The notes beneath the pieces were generated by a model, which made no database searches, was not told the origin of the DNA, and saw only the letters and a list, made by a program, of their open reading frames with translations. From Acidobacteriota bacterium (GTDB lineage: Bacteria; Acidobacteriota; UBA6911), in contig OY761556.1 of NCBI GenBank assembly GCA_963664705.1, positions 2,656,001-2,720,000 of the forward strand: DNA of 64,000 nt, written 5' to 3'. This document shows positions 39,924 through 49,717 of this stretch, one piece after another. The first letter of the stretch is position 1. Every line of letters begins with the position of its first letter. The position numbers were made by a program, and so were the translations under genes.

Positions 39924-41372
39924 ATGGTTCAGGAGAAGGTATTCGGTTTCGAGATACCGCCAGAACCAATTCCTTCTCGTGACATTAAGAAAAATATCTA
40001 TGCTGAGGTAGTAGTGGTAGGCGGTGGGATAGCAGGGTTGAGTGCTGCCATTTCTGCAGCAGAGGCAGGAGCCAATACCGTCTTATTGGAGAAGACGGCA
40101 ACCATTCAAGCTCGCGGCCACGATAACGCTTTTATCGGTAGCCGGCTTCAGGAAAAGCTGGGAATAAAAATCGATAGAGACGAAGTCATACTAAATTTAG
40201 TGAAATATGGAGCCAATAAGCCTGACCAAAGACTAATCAGATTGTGGGCCGAAGGAAGCGGTAAAACTGCCGACTGGCTCATGGATATGACGGACGCCGC
40301 GGGTCTCGAGGTAATTATTAACCACTATCCCCCGCCTCCAGCTTTCACTCATGACAGGGAATACTATCCTCAATATTCAGTTACGCACCATTACCACAAT
40401 GAACGTCCAGTAGCCAGATGTTTACTGGATAATGCCCTCAAGAAAGGCGTTACTGCATATTTTAAAACCCGCGCAAAGCAGCTTCTGCGAAAGAAGAACG
40501 GCCGGGTCACCGGCGTTGTTGCCCAAAATGCGGATGGTGAATATCAGCAGTTCAATGCTTCCAAAGCCGTTATACTCTGCACCGGAGATTACAGCAACAA
40601 CGCTGAGATGATGGCTAAATACTGTCCGCAATCATCATACCTCGAATCCATGATACCCACTTCCAATGGAGACGGGCATATGATGGCGATGTGGGTTGGT
40701 GCAGTCATGGAACCCGGGCCGCATATACCGATGATCCACGGCCCCGCCGGTCCACTTCTCAGTTCGGCCTTCCTTCAAGTAAATCTCAAGGGAGAACGCT
40801 TTCAGAATGAAGATGTCCCAATTCAAAGTAATGTAAATGCCGTCGAGCGACAACCTGGCAGGATAGCCTGGCAGGTATTTGATTCGAAGTATCCGGAGGA
40901 ACTTCCATATCTTGGGATAGGCCTGGGGAAAATTATTATTGCAACTAAAACAATCCGGCAAAAAGTGGATAAAGCAGCAATAAAGGCCAACTCGATCGAA
41001 GAACTGGCAACGAAGATGAAAATACCGGTTGAAGCCTTTGTGGCCACCATCAGGAGATACAACGAACTGGCACGACTGGGAAGAGATCTGGACTTTGGCA
41101 AGCGGCCGGATCGCTTGTTTGCTATTGATAATCCCCCATATTGTGCGGGTAAAAGTGGTTACGAATTACTGGCTGTTTTGGGAGGCCTTAATATCAATTG
41201 GAAATTGCAGCCTCTGGATAAGGATTGGGAAATCATTCCAGGAATCTATCTTGCAGGAAATACAATGGGCAATCGCTTTGCCGTAGATTACCCAACGATG
41301 TGCCCCGGGCTTAGCCATGGAATGGCAATACACTTTGGCCGGGTTGCCGGGTTAAATGCTGCCTCGCAATAA
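39924..41372 (+). CDS. Flavoprotein of the fumarate reductase / flavocytochrome c (FAD_binding_2) superfamily
   Basis: Motifs VVVVGGGIAG, GRVTGVVA, AVILCTGDY, NGDGH, VNLKGERFQNE, IPGIYLAGN, GRVAG. Start at 39906 or 39924. Confidence 0.88.
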   Translation: MVQEKVFGFEIPPEPIPSRDIKKNIYAEVVVVGGGIAGLSAAISAAEAGANTVLLEKTATIQARGHDNAFIGSRLQEKLGIKIDRDEVILNLVKYGANKPDQRLIRLWAEGSGKTADWLMDMTDAAGLEVIINHYPPPPAFTHDREYYPQYSVTHHYHNERPVARCLLDNALKKGVTAYFKTRAKQLLRKKNGRVTGVVAQNADGEYQQFNASKAVILCTGDYSNNAEMMAKYCPQSSYLESMIPTSNGDGHMMAMWVGAVMEPGPHIPMIHGPAGPLLSSAFLQVNLKGERFQNEDVPIQSNVNAVERQPGRIAWQVFDSKYPEELPYLGIGLGKIIIATKTIRQKVDKAAIKANSIEELATKMKIPVEAFVATIRRYNELARLGRDLDFGKRPDRLFAIDNPPYCAGKSGYELLAVLGGLNINWKLQPLDKDWEIIPGIYLAGNTMGNRFAVDYPTMCPGLSHGMAIHFGRVAGLNAASQ

Positions 41373-41568
41373 TGACCTAGCAGCGATATGGCAAAGGCCA
41401 TCAGCTACATTTACGGCCGCCGGATGGACGACAACTCCGATGATTGCAGTCCACAGAGTCATCGCCAATTTGATTCGCTGAGTTCACGACGCCATTGGGC
41501 TTTCTTCCGCGCTAATATGCGTTGGCAGCCCGCATCTGCAATATTTGAAATCGGACAAATCAGACCTT

Positions 41569-43005
41569 TTAGAGAGATATGCCGATTCTGATTGGTTGTA
41601 TTTTTGTCAAATCAGAATACCCGGACTTGATCTGCAGACTCTCTGTAATAGAAAGGTATCGGTCGTCAGTCTCTTCCCAGGCCGGCCACTCGATAAGTCC
41701 CTTTACGCTTGGGTTTCCTGTTCTGGCAAATTGAGTCCATATGCGCATCATGGATTCTGAAACAGTTCTGTCAATATCCGAAATGGTTGGCACCGGGGAT
41801 TTGGCGCCGGAAAGCGCAAAACCCCCATAGTGAGCCTCCCAGGCTTCAGTAACGTCCAGGGATCCGAACATATAATGCAATTCCATCCCGTGGGCTGCAA
41901 CACAACCTTCGCTTCTCCAGTTATCCGGCACACGGTCAAAAACTGCAGCATATCCTCTCGAGTCGTCTTTGCTCGGAGCTTTTAGCATGGCTATATAGTC
42001 TGCAACCATCTTGTCCGCGATGACCAACCCCGGCCCCGTCAGTTCCCCCATGTCAGATACAACAAGATAAGGCACTTCATTGCGTTGACCGGTCCGGAAC
42101 ATATTGATGATTGAGTCCGGCAGGAACCATCCATCTTGAGCCACGCTCCAGGGCCCCATGAATTCATACTCTGCGCCCAAATCCTCATTCAAAGACTGTT
42201 CCACTTCGACAATTTTTTCCCAGGAAACAGCACGGGCTGCTGCAAGCGGATCCACTGCGCTGTCGACACCGAGTTTGGAGAAAAATCTCTCACCGAACGC
42301 TTCCAGCCTTTTCAGTTGCGTTGGTTCAAAGTCCTTCCCCCCGCTCTGGATGATGGCTCGATGAAACATTCCCTTTGCCAGAGGGGAGGCGACTAAGGCA
42401 GCTACCTTGAGCCCGCCTCCCGATTGACCAATGATCGTCACGCTATCCGGGTCGCCACCAAAAGCGGCGATATTTTTTCTGACCCATTGAAGGGAATCAA
42501 TCAAATCCAGAAAGAGATAATTACCGGATACTCCTTGGGGGGATTCACGAGATATTAGTTCGTGTGCGAACAAACCGAATATGCCGAGCCGGCTATTAAC
42601 AGTAACCAGCACAACATCGTGGCAGGGCAAACCGAGGCTGTTACTGATGGGAAGATTCCCATTTCCATATCGAGTACCGCCGCCATGAAACCAAACCATA
42701 ACCGGCAATTTTTCGCCCGCCTCTCTGGCGGGCGTCATCACATGGAGGTATAGACAATCTTCGCTCGAAGACAATGATTGCAATTTCCCCGAAGCATGAA
42801 CATCCGGATATTGGGCAGCCTGGTTGCTGTATTCTGTGCATCGGCGGATACCAGACCATGGGGCCGGCGGTTGCGCCGGCTTCCAGCGCAAAATTCCGAC
42901 AGGCGGAGCAGCATAGGGTATGCCCCTAAATATGGAGAGCTCCCGCTCCCCTTGTCTTACCTTCATGCCGGAAATGGAGCCGGTATTCAGCGTGACGCGA
43001 TCCAT
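41569..43005 (-). CDS. Type-B carboxylesterase without signal peptide
   Basis: Motifs FRGIPYAAPP, SEDCLYL, GQSGGG, AAHGME, WTQFARTGNP; RBS GAGGAGGAGG. Confidence 0.92.
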   Translation of the reverse strand: MDRVTLNTGSISGMKVRQGERELSIFRGIPYAAPPVGILRWKPAQPPAPWSGIRRCTEYSNQAAQYPDVHASGKLQSLSSSEDCLYLHVMTPAREAGEKLPVMVWFHGGGTRYGNGNLPISNSLGLPCHDVVLVTVNSRLGIFGLFAHELISRESPQGVSGNYLFLDLIDSLQWVRKNIAAFGGDPDSVTIIGQSGGGLKVAALVASPLAKGMFHRAIIQSGGKDFEPTQLKRLEAFGERFFSKLGVDSAVDPLAAARAVSWEKIVEVEQSLNEDLGAEYEFMGPWSVAQDGWFLPDSIINMFRTGQRNEVPYLVVSDMGELTGPGLVIADKMVADYIAMLKAPSKDDSRGYAAVFDRVPDNWRSEGCVAAHGMELHYMFGSLDVTEAWEAHYGGFALSGAKSPVPTISDIDRTVSESMMRIWTQFARTGNPSVKGLIEWPAWEETDDRYLSITESLQIKSGYSDLTKIQPIRIGISL

Positions 43006-43209
43006 CGCCTCCTCCTCTTTTTCCTATGCGCGCTGGTCTCCAACGAAATTCCTGATTCACACGCATAATGGGGTAGAGCCATTTCTTTGTTGCTATCGGG
43101 GTTTTGACGAGCGTACCAGGCCTTATTCCCGTGGCGTACTCCGATGCTCCTATGTGTCCTCCTGCGGAGTTTGCCCTACCCCCAGGAGTCTTTTTCGATT
43201 TCCAGACTG

Positions 43210-44055
43210 TCACTGTTTCGAAGCCGGAATTTTGGGACACCCGTTTGGACAAAGCGTAATGACGTGTACAAAGCGCAGCTTCCCATTTTCCAGTCGGAAA
43301 GTGTGTGCGTCGGGCAATCCTTTCTCGCCACCGAAGTCGATCTGTCCCATGACAGCTCCCAGGTCGACGTCCACTATGTAGCGTCGATTATTCATTGGCA
43401 CGCCCCCACCTTTGGGAACTCCTTCGGTGCAGGCTGGGTTTGGGTGGTTATCGGCGTTGGTGTAGTACCCGCCCTCAATACGGCTGCAAGGAATGCCCCA
43501 GGGCAATTTATTGAAGGCTGAATAATCCTGGAAAATGTCGAAATAATCGTCCGCGACCTTGATCAGTGCCTTACGATCCATGCGCTTATCGGACGGAATA
43601 ATTTCCCACTTCTCTGTGGACGAGTATTTCAGATAACTCTTTGCATCGAACAGCCAGTCTCGCTTATCGCTTGCAAGGCTTTCAATCTCGGCAATCCTGC
43701 CATCGGAGATTTTCAACCGGGTTCCGATGACCCATGGGTGATCGCTATTCGACTGAATGATCTCAGTGTAAGATTCGCAGATATCCACATCGTAAATGCT
43801 GCGACTGAAATCGATTGGGAAAGGCTTTTTCCAGAGGCCCTGTCCCAACGGAATTACCTTTCTTCTTTCGATATATTTTGCCTGAGTGACGAGAGGCATC
43901 AGAGATGGATCCCCTTTTTTCAAGGCACTTAGATATTTGTTGGTCACTTCCTGAAGTCCTGTTCGCGTGCATCCTTTGCCTGCTGAAGTCAGGACGGGCT
44001 CCGCCGAGGCAGGAATAGCAAAACAAAGCAGCAAAAACGAAATGATTATCCGCAT
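43210..44055 (-). CDS. Exported hypothetical protein (possibly NTF2-like fold)
   Basis: Signal peptide, RBS AAGGAG, co-oriented in the operon. The fold is a guess from the pattern GTRLKISDGRIAEIE / HTFRLENGKL. Confidence 0.7.
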   Translation of the reverse strand: MRIIISFLLLCFAIPASAEPVLTSAGKGCTRTGLQEVTNKYLSALKKGDPSLMPLVTQAKYIERRKVIPLGQGLWKKPFPIDFSRSIYDVDICESYTEIIQSNSDHPWVIGTRLKISDGRIAEIESLASDKRDWLFDAKSYLKYSSTEKWEIIPSDKRMDRKALIKVADDYFDIFQDYSAFNKLPWGIPCSRIEGGYYTNADNHPNPACTEGVPKGGGVPMNNRRYIVDVDLGAVMGQIDFGGEKGLPDAHTFRLENGKLRFVHVITLCPNGCPKIPASKQ

Positions 44056-44091
44056 CCTATCTCCTTTTTGTTGAGTTCGAATAGTTTTATC

Positions 44092-45198
44092 CTAACGTCT
44101 CGCCGGATGGCGTACTTCGGAAAGCGAGGAATCATTGGCCTGTAGCCGCAGGATTCGGTTGCCCTGGAAGCTGCCGACAAAAATAGAGCCTTTTAGCTGA
44201 AGAGCAACAGAGGCGCCCGCGATCAACGCACGCTTCCCATGAGAATCAAAAACGGTTTTAGCCTGCATTTTCACCGGATCAATTATTGCAACACCAAAAC
44301 CTTGGATACATGGCTCGCCACTGCCGCCAGGGCAATCACCCTGCACTCCCTTGATTCCAGCTGCGAGTATTTGCCCCTTGGCAGTCCAGGAGAGGTTATC
44401 CGGCATGAATTCCAACCTAATTACGGAAATATCGCGGCCTGCGGCGAGATCATATTTGTGCACTTCCCTAGCGGTCCACGCCGCATAGTATATGTAGCGG
44501 CCTTGTGAATCAGCGATAACTCCATTCGGATAACCGAATTTCGTTCCTGACAGTTCCGTTTCGCCTTTTCCCGCGGTCCACCGAGCCACAACACCGCTGG
44601 GTTTTCCGCTGATAAGATCCGGGCCTTTGATACCCATCGCGTTTGGATGGGTTGCGACGAAACCGCCGTCGGGGAGCGTGGCGACGTCATTATAATCATT
44701 ATTTGCAATAACACAGCCGTGCCACACAAGTCCCCAGACACCTGCCGTCCGTTTCACTTCGAACATTTCTATCGATTCGCGGCCGCCGTGATTGACAACA
44801 TACAGCTGTATAACGCCACTTGGCCTTTTCGACAATGAGATACCGTGAGGGGCAAATCTGTCACCCGCATCTCCGGGACACGCGGGATCGCCCCAATCCT
44901 TACGGGGTTCCACCGTAACCTTCATTTCGGTAAAACTATTTTGTTTTGGATCGTATAGTGCGATTCCGCCACGCGAGCTGTCCCTGCCTGCCATCTGACT
45001 CACGATCAGCCGTCGACCATCGGGTGCGGGTTCCATATCCTCCGGAGAGTGAGTGCCACATATAACTTCCGCAACACCAGCCGCCCCGCACTCTATTAGC
45101 GCTGGCTGCGGCTCCGGGCTGCGTTGCTGAGCATGCATGGCAGTTGCATATACAGCCATAACCAAGGCCATCCTGTGGAATATTGATCTGGCTTTCAT
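44092..45198 (-). CDS. Exported six-bladed beta-propeller (paraoxonase / SMP-30 lactonase-like)
   Basis: Motifs SPEDM, FAPHGIS, LYVVNHG, YNDV, YPNGV, MPDNL. Confidence 0.82.
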   Translation of the reverse strand: MKARSIFHRMALVMAVYATAMHAQQRSPEPQPALIECGAAGVAEVICGTHSPEDMEPAPDGRRLIVSQMAGRDSSRGGIALYDPKQNSFTEMKVTVEPRKDWGDPACPGDAGDRFAPHGISLSKRPSGVIQLYVVNHGGRESIEMFEVKRTAGVWGLVWHGCVIANNDYNDVATLPDGGFVATHPNAMGIKGPDLISGKPSGVVARWTAGKGETELSGTKFGYPNGVIADSQGRYIYYAAWTAREVHKYDLAAGRDISVIRLEFMPDNLSWTAKGQILAAGIKGVQGDCPGGSGEPCIQGFGVAIIDPVKMQAKTVFDSHGKRALIAGASVALQLKGSIFVGSFQGNRILRLQANDSSLSEVRHPARR

Positions 45199-45282
45199 TC
45201 CGTTCTCCTATTTACCAAGGTATCCATCGAGCCGCAGTGGGCTTGATCAGATACAGGCCCGCATTTCCAATGCCTCAATCAC

Positions 45283-47259
45283 TTATCTGTGAGTCACCGG
45301 GTTTTTGTAATGGAATGGGGCGACAAAGGTCGCAGGGTACGAATCATACGCATCCGTCGGCGGCCGATCCGGTAGGAACGTCTTCTCCGGATGGGTATTC
45401 GGCAACGCACTCTTACCCCACCCCTCCGCATAAGGTGTGCAGAACCTGGAGTAGGCGTGCAACGCTTTGATCTTCCAGATCGCACCCTCCTTAACATATT
45501 CATTTTCATAGGTGCCGCCGCCCCAGCTTGCAGATTTCAGATGTTCACCAATTTCGTTGAGAAATCGCCAGCGGCCTTTAGCGGTCATCCCGCCGGGAGC
45601 GACGTCAACGATGGGCTGCAGCTGAATATGGTTATAAAGCGTACCTCGTGCCAGACCATCCGGAGAAATCCGGACAAGGTACTCAAGCACTCTTGACTTG
45701 CCGGCAAATACACCCTTCCCACCCATTTCGAGAGTTCCGTCATCAGCGAAAAGGTCGGCGGCTTCTTTCCAGAGCTGCTTGTCGATATAAAAACCATAGA
45801 TCCGTTGCAGATTTTCGATCGCCCTCTCGTCTTCGAGCTGTAGTATACGGTTGCTTACGCGAATGTACGCGGCTCGCAATTCCTCCGGGATCGGCAATGC
45901 CGCTATTTCAGATTTCTCCGGCTTGCTTTGAACCGCGGTTGGATTCTTATAGTGAAACGGAGGAATATAGATCCCCGGGAAACTTTCATAGGTTTCGCTG
46001 GGTGGCTTGTCTGGAGGGATTTTGTCGCTGCGCTTAGGTGCCTCACGCGGGGCCATAGCCCAACCCTTATCGTATGGAGCAAAGAAAGTAGTGTAGAGGT
46101 GATCCTTTTTAAACTTCCAGTTGCCCCCTTCCATGACAAGCTCGTTCTCGTATACGCTGTCGCCCCAAATCCCGGTGCTTCCGAAAGTACCTAGCTGGCT
46201 AAGAGCTCGGCTGCGCACATTCGCGTGTTGTCCATCCGGAGCCAGATGAATGACCGGTTGCATTTGGATGTGATTGTGTAAGTGGCCCGGCTCAATATTC
46301 TGCGGTCCGAACAATTCCCACGCACGTCTCACGCCCTTTTTGCCAACATAAATGCCGCGCTGAGAAATTTCCATGGTCGAATCTTCAACAAACAGATCCG
46401 TGAGTTGGGCCCATTGCTGTTTGTCGAGATAGTACCCATACATAGAAACAAGGTTTTCAATTTCCTCAATGTCTTGAAGACTTCTGATGCGGCGGGCCAT
46501 TGCCTCGAGAGCCGCATCAGTTTCAATCGCTTTTCCTGAAGAAGCATGCGCTGAGGTTTGGTAGTGGTAAGGTGGCGTATACACACCAGGCCACACTTCA
46601 TACTGTTCGCTTGGAGGTCGATCCGGAGGAAGCTGCGTTGAAACATGGATTCCGTTCGTGCTATCCCTGTTTGCGGCCCATCCACCTTGATAGGGCACCA
46701 TGAAAGTCTGATACCAATGCAGTTTGCTGATCTTCCAGATTCCGTTATGTTTGATGTACTCATTCTCGTAAACGCCTTCACCCCAAAAAGCGCTTTTATT
46801 CAGCTGTCCCGACATGATGACCGCGCGCCAGCGCGCCTTCGCCGTGTGGCCTTCGTCCGAGACATGCACTACCGGCTGGAGTATAAAATGTTCGTTGAGC
46901 TGGCCATGTCTCAAACCATCGCGACCACCGCCATAAGCCAGCAAGTATTGGCGAATTCGTTTCTGGCCGACATAGATCCCATCAAGGCCGATTTCGATTG
47001 TGCCTTGTGGCGCAAAAAGATCCGCAGCCTGATTCCACATTCCGCAATCGAGGTAATATCCATAGGCACGCTGCAAGCGCTTCAGATCGCTTACATCTCG
47101 AATGCGATCAACCTCCTTTTCGAGCTGCTCGAGTTGTCTCCGGAAAACGACATCCTTTTCCCGGTCTTCTGCTTTATTGCGCGATTGCCCGTTGTCGGCA
47201 CCTGTATGTATCCACACGGCTGCAAGCATTGTGACCCCGATGCAAAGTAGAGGTTTCAT
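45283..47259 (-). CDS. Exported protein with three tandem SnoaL_4 (NTF2-like) domains
   Basis: Three copies of YG(Y/F)Y.D..W...DLF...H...QP(V/I)...YENE...WK...GW...PD(R/K)PP...P(Y/F)HY. Confidence 0.88.
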   Translation of the reverse strand: MKPLLCIGVTMLAAVWIHTGADNGQSRNKAEDREKDVVFRRQLEQLEKEVDRIRDVSDLKRLQRAYGYYLDCGMWNQAADLFAPQGTIEIGLDGIYVGQKRIRQYLLAYGGGRDGLRHGQLNEHFILQPVVHVSDEGHTAKARWRAVIMSGQLNKSAFWGEGVYENEYIKHNGIWKISKLHWYQTFMVPYQGGWAANRDSTNGIHVSTQLPPDRPPSEQYEVWPGVYTPPYHYQTSAHASSGKAIETDAALEAMARRIRSLQDIEEIENLVSMYGYYLDKQQWAQLTDLFVEDSTMEISQRGIYVGKKGVRRAWELFGPQNIEPGHLHNHIQMQPVIHLAPDGQHANVRSRALSQLGTFGSTGIWGDSVYENELVMEGGNWKFKKDHLYTTFFAPYDKGWAMAPREAPKRSDKIPPDKPPSETYESFPGIYIPPFHYKNPTAVQSKPEKSEIAALPIPEELRAAYIRVSNRILQLEDERAIENLQRIYGFYIDKQLWKEAADLFADDGTLEMGGKGVFAGKSRVLEYLVRISPDGLARGTLYNHIQLQPIVDVAPGGMTAKGRWRFLNEIGEHLKSASWGGGTYENEYVKEGAIWKIKALHAYSRFCTPYAEGWGKSALPNTHPEKTFLPDRPPTDAYDSYPATFVAPFHYKNPVTHR

Positions 47260-47365
47260 GGCCAACCCTCACCAGGCGTGAAAGTTCCTGCATTTATGGT
47301 TCCTTTGTACTGCATGTGGCCGGAAATCGAAGAGTTGTCTAAAAGCGATACCTTAGCACAATTGT

Positions 47366-47419
47366 TGTCACATAGCTGTGACAATATTCTTGACAAGGCG
47401 CGGACAGCTCAGATAGTAA
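47366..47419 (+). promoter_or_regulatory. Operator site 8 (perfect palindrome) plus sigma70-type promoter of the ABC operon
   Basis: TGTCACAtagcTGTGACA at 47366-47383, then TTGACA (47390-47395)-N18-TAGTAA (47414-47419). Confidence 0.85.
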
Positions 47420-47462
47420 GGACTCACGCAAGTTCCTAAATGTATCAAGAAAGGGCAAGGAC

Positions 47463-48809
47463 ATGGTTCGGTTGAAAGGCTGTGTTTCTTCAAGGTTGGC
47501 AGTTGCGCTGCTGTGTATCGTTTGCGCTATGCTCTTCGGCCAATGTTCAAAGAACAATGCCAGAGCGCCTGAAATCCACCTACTGTTAAACCGCCATCCC
47601 TTTACCGAGGCAATCTTGCGATTCATACCGGAATATGAGCAAAAAACGGGAATCAAGGTTAATATGCTGCTTCTTTCCGAAGAGGAGTACTTTGAAAAGT
47701 TAATCACAGAGCTTTCCAGCCGCAGTTCATATTACGATTTGTTCATGCTGGGTTTTCCGCATATATGGCAGTATGCCAAGGCAGGATGGCTCGAACCACT
47801 GAATCCATACATCCAAAATACCAACCTTACACCGACAGACTGGGATCGCGATGATTTTTTCCCGGAACTCATTGCTTGCTCCAGATGGAATCTTAAACAA
47901 GGCACGGGTTTGGGTGAAGGCCCTCTATGGGCGCTCCCGGTAAACGAAGAAGCTTACGTGATTTTCTATCGCAAGGATCTGTTCGAGCGTTTCCACATTA
48001 AACCGCCCGCTACCTATGAGGATGTTTACAAAGCAGCAAAGGCCCTGACTCGCAATGTGGACGGCCAGCAAATCTATGGATTCGGTCATAGGGGCGTGCG
48101 GAGCTGGTCAACAATCCATCCGGGATACCTGACTGCCTTTGCCACCTGGGGAGCGAGGGATTTTGACGACTCGATGCGTTGCGTGATCGATAGTCGCCAA
48201 GGCGTCGAAATCACGGATCTGTTCATCCGGACTTTGAAAGAAGGCGGGCCGCCCGGTTGGCCTAGCTATACCTGGTATGAAGGTAAAGAGGCATTCCTTT
48301 CAGGCAAATTCGCAATGTGGTTCGACGCAAATCATCAGGCGGCAGCGTTTGAGAACCCCACCAAATCTCAGGTATCTGGTAAAGTCGGGTATTTGCTTCC
48401 TCCAGCGGGACCGGATGGCGAGATTAAGTCCAGCACATGGGTGTGGAGTCTAGCGATGAATGCCGCATCAAAAAACAAAGAAACAGCCTGGAGATTTCTC
48501 GCATGGGCAACTACCAAGGAAATGCTGCAGCGAACCGTTCCCTATGAAAACATCAATCCTACGCGCAGATCCGTATGGGAAGATCCTAGAACCGTTGCGG
48601 CCACAAATTGGGCAGGGGGTGAGTATCGTCGCACGGCTCAGTTGCTCCTCTCGAAGTATGCCAGAATCCGATGGACTCCCTCGACCTATGTCACACAGGC
48701 CGGAGACCGCTGGGCCGCAGCGCTGCAGGAAGCATTCGAAGGCACTCGGACCACCGAACAGGCTTTAAAAAGCGCAGCGGAGGATATCAATCAGCTGGTG
48801 AGGAAGTAA
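47463..48809 (+). CDS. CUT1 (sugar/polyol) ABC transporter substrate-binding protein
   Basis: Signal peptide with Cys; motifs YEQKTGIKV, AGWLEPL, FYRKDLFE, FLSGKFAMW, AWRFLAWAT. Confidence 0.92.
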   Translation: MVRLKGCVSSRLAVALLCIVCAMLFGQCSKNNARAPEIHLLLNRHPFTEAILRFIPEYEQKTGIKVNMLLLSEEEYFEKLITELSSRSSYYDLFMLGFPHIWQYAKAGWLEPLNPYIQNTNLTPTDWDRDDFFPELIACSRWNLKQGTGLGEGPLWALPVNEEAYVIFYRKDLFERFHIKPPATYEDVYKAAKALTRNVDGQQIYGFGHRGVRSWSTIHPGYLTAFATWGARDFDDSMRCVIDSRQGVEITDLFIRTLKEGGPPGWPSYTWYEGKEAFLSGKFAMWFDANHQAAAFENPTKSQVSGKVGYLLPPAGPDGEIKSSTWVWSLAMNAASKNKETAWRFLAWATTKEMLQRTVPYENINPTRRSVWEDPRTVAATNWAGGEYRRTAQLLLSKYARIRWTPSTYVTQAGDRWAAALQEAFEGTRTTEQALKSAAEDINQLVRK

Positions 48810-48814
48810 TCCGC

Positions 48815-49717
48815 ATGGCCGATTACGCTTTACGCACGAAACGCCGGGAACCGCTTCATAAAAGCTTGCCCTATCTTATGACTTTTCCCGCGCTCGCCGC
48901 GCTGATCGGTATTCTGTATCCCTTTGTTTTGGGTGTGTACTACACATTCACAAATTACACTCTGACTGAACCCGATAATATCGGCTGGATAGGCCTGACA
49001 AACTATGTCGCGATTTTTAAAAATCCCGATTTCTGGAAGGCCTTCAGTTTGACCTTTGTTTTTGCCGGATCGGTGGTGGTTATCGAATTGGCCATGGGGC
49101 TGGGAGTTGCTTTGCTCCTTAAGGACCCATTCCCCGGAGTTCGCCTTCTGCGATCTTTTCTGGTTATCCCGATGATGATCCCGCCCATTGTCAGTGCGCT
49201 GATGTGGAAGGTTATTCTTCTTCCCACGGACCAAGGCGTGCTGAACCACATTCTGAGTTTTGTGCGAATCAAGCCTATCGCGTGGCTGGGCGACTCTTCT
49301 ACGGCACTTCTTTCGCTGATCATTATCGATGTTTGGATTTACTCGCCATTTGCGATCATGATTTTCCTGGCCGGATTGCAGTCTCTGCCCAAAGAACCCT
49401 ATGAGGCAGCGCAGGTAGACGGAGCATCAGGCTGGTTTGCCTTCCGTAAGCTTACGCTGCCGTTGCTCACTCCCTGCATTGTTCTTGTCACGCTCTTCCG
49501 ACTGATCGATTCACTCAAGGTTTTTGATATTGTTTATGCCACTACCAAGGGCGGCCCTGCGGGAGCTACCACAACGCTGCATATCCAAAGCTATTTTGAG
49601 GCCATCCGGTGGTTCAGGATGGGCAGGGGTATGGTTTACCTTTTTGTCCTTTGGTTTCTGTGTTTCATTCTTTCCAAAACTCTATCCAGGCTTTGGACCA
49701 GGGTTCTGATCAGATGA
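48815..49717 (+). CDS. ABC permease (MalF-like)
   Basis: EAA loop LAGLQSLPKEPYEAAQVDGAS. Confidence 0.93.
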   Translation: MADYALRTKRREPLHKSLPYLMTFPALAALIGILYPFVLGVYYTFTNYTLTEPDNIGWIGLTNYVAIFKNPDFWKAFSLTFVFAGSVVVIELAMGLGVALLLKDPFPGVRLLRSFLVIPMMIPPIVSALMWKVILLPTDQGVLNHILSFVRIKPIAWLGDSSTALLSLIIIDVWIYSPFAIMIFLAGLQSLPKEPYEAAQVDGASGWFAFRKLTLPLLTPCIVLVTLFRLIDSLKVFDIVYATTKGGPAGATTTLHIQSYFEAIRWFRMGRGMVYLFVLWFLCFILSKTLSRLWTRVLIR

